NCBI RefSeq assembly: GCF_006345805.1
Contig: NC_043003.1
Span: 93,868,001-93,932,000 of the forward strand
DNA: 64,000 bases
Reading direction: 5' to 3'
From: Octopus sinensis
Taxonomy: Eukaryota
A program made the position numbers and the translations under genes. Below, piece by piece: positions 51,951 to 64,000 of the stretch. Below the pieces are notes generated by a model. It had not been told where the DNA came from and ran no database searches. It worked only from the letters and a program-made list of their open reading frames with translations. Each line of letters opens with the position of its first letter. Within the stretch, counting starts at the first letter, position 1.

Positions 51951-53799
51951 TAACATGCGTATGCGTGTGCATGTGTATGTATATGTATTTGAGTGTGTTG
52001 TGTATATTTATGCGCGCGCACGTACAAAAACACTTTCACCCCCCACACACACACACATATGTAAATGCTACTTAATCACTAATTCCAAACATTGAATCAT
52101 GTCCACAGATTCTTCGGTGGTGGCCCCAGGTGATTTAATTAATCAACATCAATATTTGATTGATGTTATTTTATCAACACCTAAATAATAAAGTTCTTGT
52201 TTCCACTTTGATCGTAAAGAGATGCAACTGAATATCTCAAATAACACATTCCATTTCTCCTTACATTTTTTCTTATTCTGCCTACATTTCTGAAATAATT
52301 ACCCAACTTATACATTCGCACTTCGCATTCATACTGTCCTTAAAATACTCAAATAACAATCCAAGCTATTTTTGTCTCCTATTCTTCGTGCCTGCAGTAC
52401 TAAAATATCAAAATGTCTCTTTTCAATTATTGTCCTTTAGTATACTGTAAATGATAAATGCTGACATTTCCCCAAACAATTATTTCATTCAATACCAATA
52501 TTTCTACTACTAATATTTTGTTTTGATATTCCTTTTATCTCCTTCAATTAAACTGAAGTTTGATAGTCAAAGAATAATTTTAAATGAAAAAGTTATTGAG
52601 ACTCTTAGCTTCATACTTATGGATGCACATAAAACGAATTACGCCTCAAGAAATTTAATATGAAAACGTTAGAAAAGGTTGGTTATTCATCATGAATAGA
52701 TTATTGTGTTAGCCGTGTGGTGCATTGGTAGAAAGGTTAAAGCTTTGGATACACTAACGCACTGAAATTTGAGCATTAAATGTAGAAGGATATAGATAGA
52801 TAATATTCGCCCTTTATTTTTCCCAATTTTGCAGTCATTCCTATACATTCTCCAATTATATGAAACAGGAAAAAAGCACTTACTTATTCTGTTGAGCGAT
52901 TGGGTACAAATTATAGATCCAGTGCCAAGAAAACTCATAACTTTATCTGGTTCAAGATACAGTGATTTATTATATGATATATATTGTGACAGCGGGAGTA
53001 ATGAACAAGCTGGAGCATTTCTTCCATCCTCCAGCTTGTTCGTGTGTGTTAGCAACTTCTGATGGTGGCCATGACAGAGGCAGACAAAGTGAGCGTGAAC
53101 ATTGCGTTCATCTCCACCAGTATGCATAGAAGCACTCAGTCGGAATATATATTATCGATGATTTACAATTCTGTGTGTATATAAGATTCAGATTGGTTTG
53201 GATACGTAAGGGACTTGTGATAGGCTGAAAGCATAGTAGCAAAACTGATTGATTTGAACTAAAATATTGCCTCTCGCATTTCATGATGGTCTATTATTTT
53301 GAGTGTTTTTGGTTCACTATGTTGGTGGTCTTTGAGAATTTTTTCTGTACAACATATGATAATACAAAGTATACCATTTTAGATCTGTAATTTACTGTGG
53401 AGAGATTAGTGATCATGTAAAACTGGCACTGTTGATAATGAATGAAATGTATCGTTTGTGCACTATATTCGCTGCTTATGTTAAACATATGTGATGATGC
53501 CTGTGAGTGCTTTAAGTCTGTATGTGCATCGTTCTGCTTTCTGTTCCATGTATTGTAATTCATCGTAGTTTTCTATTCTGCGTGTGTGCATATGTTCTTG
53601 ATTTTAATGGCTGCATGTTCTCTGGTTTCGCTAGTAAGGAGATCTGTTAGATGCCATGCTACGTCTCTTTATTTGAAGTTTAGCTTTCTAGTTGGTTGAT
53701 GTAGTTTAGGAGTAGTTTTGCAGCCATGCCTGGGAAATTATAGGAAGATAATATAATGGGGAAAATCTTTAACCATAAAGCTTGCGTATGCTTTTAGCG

Positions 53800-54130
53800 T
53801 GTAAGTAATAGCTTTTATCTCTTGTTTCACTGATTTGACAGCAGCCATCTTGGGGTGCTGCCTTGAAGAGTTCAGCGGAAGTAAATCAACCCCAGTATTT
53901 ATTTTATAAGTCTGGTACTTATTTAACTTAATCTTTAAATTACGGGAACGTAGATAAATCAACACTAGTTGCCATACACATACATATATATATTCGACGG
54001 GCTACTACACAGTTTCACTACATTGGTCCGCACAGAGCTATAGTAGAATATATTTGGAGTGGGCCTGAACTCTAACCGCATAGCTGCAAAGCGAGCTTCT
54101 CAACCACACAGCGATATCTATGTAGACAGC
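53800..54130 (-). mobile_element. SINE family C, old and decayed
   Basis: TCTTGTTTCACTGA...CAGCCATCTTGGGGTGCTGCC tail and CTTCTCAACCACACAGC head. Confidence 0.6.
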
Positions 54131-54796
54131 AATAAAAAGTAATTGCCGAAAGTATGGATCCCTACTGTAACCTGTACGTTTCCAGCTAACTTTCCTTATG
54201 GTGTTTAGTTTGAAGAAGATATTTTTGGCTGTGACATTTAACAAATCTCATTCATAAGGAAGCAAGGGGGAAATATTCTATCTTCATTTTAATTGTTTGT
54301 TGCACTTGCATTATTTTCAAAGACATATAACTTTTTAACTCTACGTAGTAGTCATACGCAGGAGTTGATTCTACTCTCTGTATACCTCTTCTACAAATTT
54401 CAATCATGCGCACAATCAAATAAATCAAATCAGTTTGTTACGATTAACATGAATAAGATACTCGATTAGCATCCCAGCAGAAGGATAGAAGACATATATC
54501 AGCATAAGTATTGCGTAATCATTTACTGCTGAAATCAGATATATCCATTCAAAATTTAATTACTATTACATGCGAAAAGCAGTTTTATATAACAGTCTAT
54601 ATTTTGTTGTGGAATATCGTGTCTGGAACTATATTTTGTTGAAACGGGTCAAGTTTATTGAGGTAACGTACCTTGCACAAATTACGAATTCTATTCTCCA
54701 TAGATATTTAACATCATTGCCGGAATAATCATGAAATTTATTACAGTTAAAGGGTTAATAGAATACAGATATGATATTTCATTCAAGTAACCTATA

Positions 54797-55200
54797 GGCG
54801 CAGGAGTGGCTGTGTGGTAAGTAGTTTGCTTACCAACTTCATGGTTCCGGGTTCAATCCCACTGCGTGGCACCTTGGGTAGGTGTCTTCTACTATAGCCT
54901 CGGGCCGACCAAAGCCTTGTGAGTGGATTTGGTAGACGGAAACTGAAAGAAGCCCGTCGTATATATGTATATACATATGTGTGCGTGTATGTTTGTGTGT
55001 CTGTGTTTGTCCCCCTAGCATTGCTTGACAACCGATGCTGGTATGTTAACGTCCCCGTAACTTAGCGGTTCGGCAAAAGAGACCGATAGAATAAGTACTG
55101 GGCTTACAAAGAATAAGTCCCGGGGTCGAGTTGCTCTACTAAAGGCGGTGCTCCAGCATGGCCGCAGTCAACTGACTGAAACAAGTAAAAGAGTGAAAGA
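54797..55200 (+). mobile_element. Full-length SINE family C
   Basis: GGCGCAGGAGTGGCTGTGTGGTAAG...GGTTCAATCCC...CACCTTGGG...GACTGAAACAAGTAAAAGAG. Confidence 0.95.
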
Positions 55201-55300
55201 GAATACTCTGTCATTTTGTACAGTTACATTTTAGCATATTTCTTCCAGGACAATTTATTGGGCAGTATATTATATTTTCAATATCACTACGAGCCCCATA

Positions 55301-55497
55301 AGGCGGTAGGCTGGAGGAATCGTTAGCACGCCGGGAAAAATGCTCAGTGGCATTTCACCTGTCTTTATGTTCTGAGATCAAATGCCGCTTAGGTCGACTT
55401 TGGCTTTCAGCCTTTCATGATCGATGAAATAAATACCAGTCAAGCACCAGGGTCCCCCGAAATTGCCTGTCTTGTGCCAAAATTTGAAATCAATATT
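55301..55497 (+). mobile_element. SINE family B, decayed
   Basis: AAGGCGGTAGGCTGG..GAATCGTTAGCACGCCGGG...GTGCCAAAATTTGAAATC. Confidence 0.8.
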
Positions 55498-56089
55498 ACT
55501 ACGAGCACCTACATGGTCACATGGCTTATTTGGTTGTAGTTAATGGTGGAACGGACGATTTCGATTGGAGTTCCTTTCACCATAGGTCTGCTTGATCAGA
55601 GCTGGCAATGCAACACATCATCATTAACAAGAAAAATTGCTGCTAATCCATAGATTATTTTGCAATCCATAACTTTTATTATAACCACAGTTGCAACATG
55701 CACAAAAGGGATTAGCTCCTTAGATATATCACATATGGATTAATGGCTTCAATTCAAACCGTTTATACACTGTTTGATATTTATTGATAAGAGCGTTAAC
55801 TGAATGTGTGAAAGATTTTATTGATCAGTTGAATCTTGATACACTATATGTAAAAATACTTCTGACATCGAAAACGTTCATTTATCGTAAATTATTATAA
55901 TTAATGTTATGATATACAGAGAGATGCTTCTATTAAAATGATTTATATTATCAAAAGGTTATTGTTAAAATAATTTATGGGTCCCAAACTCTCTTTAGAA
56001 ACTGAGTTAACTGAGTTAAAAATTATCCGCTCATCAAAAATTAGATATTATGTGATCAGTTGTTCAAACAGATATTGTTATTTGGATTC

Positions 56090-56310
56090 AAATGCCAACA
56101 GTTTTGAGGTGAGTGGAGAAATCGAATACATCGATACCAGTACTTTTTTCGATTTCGGAAGACTGGAAAGTGAATTTGCCCCCTCAGAGGCCAACTTTAC
56201 GTTTCGTCTCGATTAAAGAAAGTTTCAGTCAAGTACTCAGATTGATGACATCAACTTTTTACCGTCACTCAAAACTGCTGCCCTTGTGCAAAAGTTTGAA
56301 ACTGTGATTG
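56090..56310 (+). mobile_element. Decayed SINE family B-like remnant
   Basis: GAGGCCAACTTTACGTTTCGTC...CCTTGTGCAAAAGTTTGAAAC. Confidence 0.4.
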
Positions 56311-56649
56311 TTATTATTACATAGAGCAGTAGTGTTAGTCACTCTGCTAATTTTTTTACTAACACGTAAACCACAACGCGTTTAGAACATAGACAGCGCA
56401 TATCTGAATAATTTTCATGTTCAAAGCATTTTCATAAGTTTGTCCTAAACGTCCATGCTTGTCATCAGACATTTAGTTAGACCTTGTTTCCCACTTTCTG
56501 TGTGACTTTCATGAGTCTAAAGTTACGGTAGAAGTTGAAAAACATGCATATGTGTATCATATATAAAATATGGATAATAGGAAAATAGGTCCTGTGTACC
56601 ACACGCTATATTCAGGAGAGGTAAAGGGTTATGATTCGTTCTGTATTAA

Positions 56650-59600
56650 AGAAATATAATTTTTATCACAAAATTAATTGTTTTGGAAACCATAGAAAGC
56701 TATTTGATGATATTTTCAGATATTGTACCTAGTGATCCTATTATAACAAGAATTACCATTTCCTCCTTGGTGTCCTAAAAGCTTTTTAAAATTCCACTTC
56801 TGTGGTAATCTATCTTCTTTTCTTTCCTCTTCGCTCTTGTGTCGAATGGATACACTATTTATATTATTATACAACTTCCAGTACCCGTTTCTTCCACAAT
56901 GATATTCAGTCTTAAGTGTAGTAGTTCCTTGTGTGTCTCCCTGGATCTTCAATACCTCATAAAATTTCTGTCTGTTCATTTTCAATAAATTTCATTTGTC
57001 ATGTTTATGCCACATTTCTGGGTGTTCTATACTGCTGGTTTTATACAGTTGTCAGTGCATAACGGATGCAGTTTTGTCGTATTTCTAGTTTCTTACACAT
57101 TGGTACTAAGTAGGTTACAGTCTGTTTTTTTCTCGTGGTAGAAGCGACTTAGTGGTGATATATTCTTTTTACTTATGCTTTTGATTTCTTGCATCTTTAT
57201 ATGTTCTTGGGATGCCATTATAAGAACTTCTGTGGATTCTTTTCATATCCCTCACGCCTTTCTTTAACCAGTCTCAAGTACGAATTCTTCTCTATATGGT
57301 GCTCTTGAAAATTCCATACACTTTTCTTCGGTTTTTTCTTTCTTGCTTTCCACATCCTCTCTTCTGCTATTTATTGTTCCTTCTTTTATCGCACATTTTT
57401 TTCTTGTCAATATCCTGTAATTCTCGACTGTACCAGGTGATGGCTCTTGGATCATATCAAATGATTGAGACAATGCGGTCGTTGATACATGTAATAACAT
57501 TTTTAGCGATTCTGGGATGATTTTTTTATGCTCTTGTCTCTCCTTATGTATTTAGGCAATCGATTTCCAGAACTCTTAAATACTAGAACTGGATTCCTCG
57601 TCAAATTGTTCTAATTATTCCCAGTACGGAGCTCAATAACTCCCTTTGAAGCAATTTGCCTCTCTTCGTCGTAAATATATCAGAGATATTAATGCCAAAT
57701 TTCGTTTTAATGTCCTCACGGAACACTCATTTCACTTCTATGTCACTTCAAATCCAAACCGAGCTAACAATTGGTAACCAACGCAGTCATACTCTTCTTC
57801 GGTTAGCTTGAGGCACTCGCTTAGTTGAGGCTAATACTTTCGTACATTTTCGCACATATTTTGCATTTGCTGTCTGGCAGTTTTTTCTTTTGTCCTTATC
57901 AAATTCATTCAAATAACTTGCTTGTGGTATGCCATTTATAGCTTCAATCTCTCTACCATAACCTCCGATTTCCTCTGTTTTGTCACACGAATGGCCATGT
58001 ATTTCTTCACTTTCCAGTTATGTATACTACCATTTTCATTTCTAATTTCGAAATATTTCACTGCTTCTGGAACTTCATCGGTATTTCTTGCTCCGTTTAG
58101 CTGTGTAAAACCTTGTTTTTTCAAACACCCAAATTACAACATTTATGTTGTTATATAAAACAAATTTTCGCTTCCTACTCTTCTGAATACATAGATACGG
58201 TTAATGATAATTTTAGTTTCGAATAAATTCCAAAATATTTCTAATTCACGTAGTTCTGGATTAAAAAAGGTAGAGGATTATCTCAACACCGACATCAGCC
58301 AATTATTGATTGCCTTGATATTACCTCCATTTAGTTTGGTTTCAAGCCTCTTCCTAAGTTTTCTGTTGTACTCTTTAGAGACTTTATCTCCTTTTGTTTT
58401 TTCCATTATTTTTTCATGCATACCTATAAAATGATATTTCGAGGTAGCCCTCAATCTCTTGCAGTGAGCTTATGAAATTATATTGTACTGTCGATTTAAC
58501 CGTTCTTTTAGTTTCTTACGGTTTGGACTAAAACTTTTTGTGTCCAATTAAAAGTTTATAGCAGGTGATTTGCTTTCGATACGTTCTTAGCAAGTTCACA
58601 CGAAGCAGGTGTATACTTTTGCGTTATTTTAATTAAATGAATCAGTGCTATCATGGAAAGCAATGGTGACAGATAATTTCGTTCTCGAGGGACTCCTGAA
58701 GCCAATAGTTCGGTTCATTATTATATATTTTCTTGTAGCCTATCTAATCAACTGTTTTTCTCTTATTGCTCTTCATTTAGCATCATTCTACCAATATACA
58801 ATAGATTAGCAACCCTCCTTCATTTCTTTCCGCATTAGTTTTGATCTTTTGATGTCTCTTTGTCAATAATGTTATACAGTTCATCTACTCTGAGACCAAT
58901 TAATAATTTCCATAACAGCGGCATGTACTTAGTAAGCTTATAATTACTGACTTTTCTTTCATTTTCTTAATTCTTCTATATTAACACTGTACTTATCTAT
59001 ATAAATGCTCGGTTTTCATACAGTCTCTAACAACATTTTATACCTGTTTGCGAAGTTTTAAAGTCAGAATTTCCGAACATCAACGATTGTATGCCGGAGC
59101 TTTTCAGTTTGGTATCTTTTAACTATCTTATTTAAATTTCTCTTATGTAATACTTATATTTTTACTGTATTGACCTATTTACCTTTTAACATCTTAATAC
59201 CAGACATCTGACTAAAAGTTTTGCACCCTCAACGTTTAGTATTTCACTATTCTGATGTTCATTCTCTTCGTTCAGATGTTGTCAAAATTTTCTTTCGTTG
59301 TTTCTAAAGAGCCTGTTCGGTTCTTGGTTTGTATCTATTAATTTTTGCTTCATCTCTTCTTTAGCAACCTGTAATCCTCACTATCTACGCTTTCTTTAAA
59401 GCTAATCCTTATGTGTTTTCTTCACCGACTTTTTAATTATAGCATTTATCCTTCCCAAATTTTCTCTTTATTTTCAAGTTTCCTTTTCCACTCTGGAACT
59501 TTGACCCTTTCTGTACCACTTTTGACTTCGAAACTTTCTAAAGTAACAAAAGCTGCACAATATACGAGATCATTTGCATTTGCTATTTTCCAAATTTGGA

Positions 59601-59900
59601 TTTTCTCGAATAATTTAAGCAGTTTCGCAACTTTACATCACAGTTCACTTTCAATTTCTGAAAGCTGTTACTCTCTTCTTATTCGTATTTCTATTTTCAT
59701 TCTAACATTAATGTAAGCTCCTTTCCTCTTCTATATTACCCTTAATCTCTATGAAGTGACGTATAGTCACTTGCACTACTACCCCTTTCCTCTTGATAAT
59801 ACATAGAATTTTTTACTATTTCTTGCTCAATTTCCTCTCTTGTGTAACCATATCTTTTTTACTTTTTTTCGCTGATATCTTCTAGTTACAACTGAGTAGA
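56650..59900 (-). mobile_element. Old R4/Dong-type LINE, N-terminal region to mid-RT, heavily decayed
   Basis: KQGFTQLNG...VPEAVKYFEI...HNW resembles the R4 'P.A.E...FW..IW...HN..W' block; RT-proximal motifs lie at 57.0-57.7 kb. Boundaries approximate. Confidence 0.55.
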
Positions 59901-60267
59901 TATTATTTTCTCACAATTTGGTTTTTTAATCTAAAAGTTTCTTCTGCAACTGAAAACATCTCTCTCTCTCTTTTCCCATTCCCTCTCTTTCTCATTTCAT
60001 GTCGTAGGCTTATTTTTCATATCCTATTTTTACTAGATTCGCAACTCAATAACAACCTGTTTCACATTGCGGTACAATGGATCGCTTGCTATGCAAGGTT
60101 CCTTCCTCTGAAGATCGAGTATCCTTGAGATTTGTGATACAATTTTTAATCTGACATAAAGAGGGTCATGATGAAAAGATGATACAACCAGATGGCATCA
60201 CCGATGATGTTATTATAGGCACCATATTTGGAGAGAAATTACCACAATTTAAGTTCATTACCATCGT

Positions 60268-60410
60268 CATAATCATCATCATCATCACTATCATCATCAT
60301 CATCATCATCGTCGTCGTCGTCGTCGTCATCATCATCATCGTCGTCATCATCGTCATCATCGTCACCAGCACCACCAGCACCACCAGCACCACCACCATC
60401 ATCATCATCG
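60268..60410. repeat. (CAT)n/(CGT)n/(CAC)n compound microsatellite
   Basis: Directly visible. Confidence 0.95.
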
Positions 60411-60435
60411 TTTATTATTTTAATCAATTTTATTA

Positions 60436-60613
60436 AGGCGGCGAGATGGCAAAATCGTTAGCACGCCAAGCAAAATATTTAGCGACATTTCACCTATCTT
60501 TACGCTCAGAGTTCGAATTCCGTCGTGGTCGACTTTGCCTTTCATCTTTTCGATGTCGATAAAACAAGTACCATTCCCCCTTAAATTGCTGGCCTTGTGC
60601 CAAAATTTGAAAC

Positions 60614-60617
<4 letters not shown>
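60436..60617 (+). mobile_element. SINE family B
   Basis: AAGGCGGCGAGATGGCAAAATCGTTAGCACGCC...GGCCTTGTGCCAAAATTTGAAACC then (ATT)n. Confidence 0.88.
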
Positions 60618-60656
<39 letters not shown>

Positions 60657-60859
60657 ATTATGGCTGCCATACTGGAAATACACGAAAATCGGAATTCTAT
60701 AAATTGTAAGAGTGTTCTCAATATTTTCAGCCTGTTGTTACAGCCTTGTTTTTATCAGTTTCTGGACTGTGCTGGTAGTATTTCTGTTTAGAGATACTCC
60801 CTATTTTGTAGGAGTGCACATCAATATTTTTTAATATTCTATATATTTTTAACATTCGA

Positions 60860-61320
60860 CAATTCAACAAGAACAAAAGCAAACAACAATAGCAATAAAA
60901 AACAACAACAATACCGATAACAAATCAAAAGAAGAAAAGGAAAACAAAGAAAATTTTGAAAAGAACGTGAACACCACCACCATCACTACCACTACTACCG
61001 CCCCCGTTACAGCAACTGCAGCAGCTACAATCGTCACAGCCATGGCAAGAGATGCTGGAAAGGGGATTTCATTTGCGAGTACTGCAAGAAATCTGAAAGA
61101 ATTCCACATAAATAAAGACAATTTTGAGAACAGGTCAGACAAATTGTTAAAGTTAGGGTGATAAACGTGCCGCCAGATATAGCCATCACCTTGTTGGTGG
61201 CGACCCGACTTGGGGTTAGGTATAAAAGAAGAGGTGGCTATCCCAGAAGTAAAGAAAATACTGAAACAAAACTGGTGAGGTATAGGTATGAAACTGACCA
61301 TACAAATTAAACAAATTTAT
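60860..61320 (+). mobile_element. Possible L1/Tx1-like ORF1 remnant
   Basis: T/A-rich low-complexity segment followed by VRVINVPPDI; similar in character to the 38-39.6 kb region. Weak. Confidence 0.25.
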
Positions 61321-61450
61321 ATTAAGGAAGTACCTGACCTGTTAGACCTCCTTAAATATATTCTTTAACCATATAACACAAGCCTTCTGTAGTTTTTTCA
61401 CTCTTTTTTGTTTCATATATATATATATATATGTATGTATGTATGTATGT

Positions 61451-61504
<54 letters not shown>

Positions 61505-61639
61505 CTCATTTCATTATATGTAAACCTCCACACTTAATGTCTGTATTGTCTCCTGCATCCTTTGTCGTGGTAGCAAATAGAAGAAATCATCCTCATCACT
61601 ACCACTACCATCATCATCATCATCGTCATCATCATTATT

Positions 61640-62059
61640 GTAAGTGAGCAGCACATGCCATAAAAGTGACCCTGGGGTACAAATATACGAAGCCCAATAT
61701 ACCCATCCTGACTATCCTTCTGATAAGGGTACACCAAGCACATGCATCACAACCATATGTACGCGACAAGGTGATCTTATATCAAGATAAACAGCGTATG
61801 ACCTTGAAGGTGGGGGCACAGTTAGAATTCTCTTCATGTTAAGTAGCCCACCCCGCTCAAAAGGTCCCTGAATAACGTTTGTTTAAAGATGATGAACGGA
61901 ACACCGATGTTTCCAGAGGTGAATTATTCAAGCCCCCAAAATTTCCTCTCGGAGATGCACATATCGTCAGCCACAAAGGGAGATGTTCAACTAGTTAAAG
62001 TTAAGCAACTGACAGGCAAATTTGTGGTATTGAGCAGAACATTTGCTGTAGCGGATCTC
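61640..62059 (-). mobile_element. Second copy of the 556-bp unclassified retroposon (5'-truncated, internal deletion of about 45 bp)
   Basis: Collinear with about 23460-23916; flanked by ATT/ATC triplet repeats. Confidence 0.85.
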
Positions 62060-62284
62060 ATTATTATTATTAGAGTCTCCTCTTGATCGATGTAAACCCC
62101 ACCTGTTTTATGTGTTGTGTCTCTTCCTTTGGTATTGTTGTCAATGTCTTGCGTTTTTTGCTACCTATAAAAAAAATCATTATTATTATTGTTGTTGTTG
62201 TTGGTGGTGTTGATGCTGCAACTGTTACTGAAGTTGTCGACGTCGCTGCCGTCATCGTCGTCGTTGTTGTTCTGCACTCTTAGT

Positions 62285-64000
62285 TTTATTCAATGCTTTT
62301 ACTGCATTATCTGTATGACTTTAGTATCTTCAACTTTTGGCTTTTGTTCATGTTGTATTGAAAGAATTTCATGTACAGTGTCCTGCAGTAATATTTTCTG
62401 CATGTGTGCAAACTCAAGAATCCTTTGCGTTTTGGTTGTTTTCTCTGCACACTTTTCGATCTTTCCCAAAGCGCTTATTATTATAAGGAGTATTTCTCTT
62501 TTCAGCCCCCTCATTGGAATTATCTCTATTTCCAAATCTTTGTATCTGTATAATATTTCTGTTTCATTGAGAGCTTCACTGTCATCTGATAATTTAGTTA
62601 GGAGGCATTTATGTTCTTGGCGATTCTTGACAAAAATGTGGTCGTTTCCCTTGATCTTCATGTTTCTGTATATTGTCATATCCCAGGGTATAATTGTTTT
62701 TTCATTCTCTAAACATTTTTCTGGTGTATGCTTATGCCAGCTCTTTTCTGTTGATAATTCAAACATTCTGGCATAATTTCCAGTGTAAGTCTCAACTATG
62801 TCATGTAACTGTGGATGCATTCTTTCTTAGCTAAGACAAGAGATATCAGAGAAAATGTGTTAATTGTTCCTGCCCAATCTCCATATATTTTTGTAGTAAA
62901 ATTAATGTCCTTTTTTTAATTATACGCTTTTTGTGATTAGTGATGCGTAAACTTTGATCCTGTGCCACTGCCAAAAATTCTTAGTCTCAGCATTTAGCCT
63001 CACGATTCTCATTGTTGTAATTTTTCTTTACCTACTTCTACCTCCTATTCTGTTTTTTTTTCAAGCGTTGCCACCGCATAGAGAGTTGTTTTATCATAGC
63101 ATATTGTAGTTCATTTAAAACTAACATGTTAACCACTTCATAATATTTGTTGTTGGTTCTCCATTTTCATTAAAAATATTTTCATTTAAACTTCTTTTGT
63201 ATTTGTTGGCTTCCTCGAATCCTTGAAGAGAAGAACAGTTTACTCCCTTTGTTCAAGCCTTGTAGCTATCTGTATTAATTTCCCTTTATTCGTTTCCTGG
63301 TATATTTATAGTCGTACGGTAGATATTGTATAATAGATCTCCAGTTACATAAGGCCCCTACCTACGTTGTTCGAAGTAAGGTGTATCAGATTTTATCTGC
63401 TGTTTTTCCAAATATTGTAATTATCTTCTAGTATTTATCAGTCTAGTTTATTTGTCATTCAGTTGAAAATGTTATAACTTATTACTTGGACAACTAAACT
63501 GTTGAAGCCAATGTCATTATCATTTTTAAAAAAATTGTATTTCGCTATATTTACGCTTTGTAATATTCTTTCATAATTTTTTTTTTTGATTTGTGTGTGT
63601 GTTGTGTATTGTCTAGTTCATTGATACCTATGTATTTGCATGTCAGTGTTTGGTTTAAATATGCTATCTCTCTTTATTCATCACGATTTAGGTGTTCTTA
63701 ATTTTCCTGTTTCCAAGGTTGCTTTGGAATATTTTCTTATCTAAATCTCAAATGATTTCTGAGGTAAATCCATGCAGTGTATGAAGTAAGAGTTTCTATT
63801 TGTTTTCATCATCAGCAACATACACCTTAAGGTCATCCATATACAAAAGATCTTTGATTGTCTTTCCTTCGAGTCTAGCCCTATTCAGCACGTTGGCTGA
63901 ACTTGTCAGTACCATAACGAAAAGGAATGGCGAAAGAGAGACTCCTTAGAATATTTTTCTTGTATCTATGGAAACAGCTTTAAGTTTTATAATTCTTTCT
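62285..64000 (-). mobile_element. Decayed R4/Dong-type LINE, RT domain 4 to C-terminus
   Basis: LSPFLFVMVL...LLYMDDLKVY at 63.8-63.95 kb; ORF 62299-62820 reads WHKHTPEKCLENEKTIIPWD...YKDLEIEI...IISALG...MQKILLQDTVHEILSI. Confidence 0.8.

Noticed and set aside
52880-52950. TGSIICTQSLNR resembling a cadherin TG.I.....LDRE motif
   Set aside because: No other cadherin motifs (PE, DxD, DxNDN) occur in any frame nearby.
61380-61407. AAGCCTTCTGTAGTTTTTTCACTCTTT, matching the PLE terminal repeat next to (TA)n
   Set aside because: Only about 28 bp, too short to call an element, though it may be a remnant.

Overview
AT-rich eukaryotic DNA packed with microsatellites and transposon remnants. The tRNA-derived SINE families, R4/Dong LINEs and Penelope-like elements point to a coleoid cephalopod, most likely Octopus; this is inference from family recognition, not a database search. 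I found no intact host gene, tRNA/rRNA gene or CRISPR array. Nearly all listed ORFs are microsatellite read-throughs or decayed transposon proteins. Content: about 25 SINE copies from several modular families, at least 7 R4/Dong-type RLE LINE fragments, a CRE 3' end, several Penelope-like element (PLE) insertions or remnants, an internally deleted Tc1/mariner, a probable hAT MITE and a Helitron-like element. The main result is a set of hammerhead ribozyme (HHR) mobile units. (1) At 24.1-25.0 kb, a 2.4-copy head-to-tail array of a 353-bp, highly structured, non-coding monomer. It contains two type I HHRs that resemble the Schistosoma Sm-alpha HHR, i.e. a candidate circular-RNA retrozyme. The array has an inverted 5' junction and abuts an R4/Dong 3' end inside a (TAA)n tract. 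(2) A 310-bp (TA)n-flanked mini-element at 32.1-32.4 kb with a canonical HHR core and a greatly extended helix II, plus a second, unrelated fold-back element of the same design at 8.9-10.1 kb. (3) PLE terminal repeats with minimal HHRs in which the C3-G8 pair is replaced by U3-A8. All RNA structures were paired by hand and none has been tested for activity.
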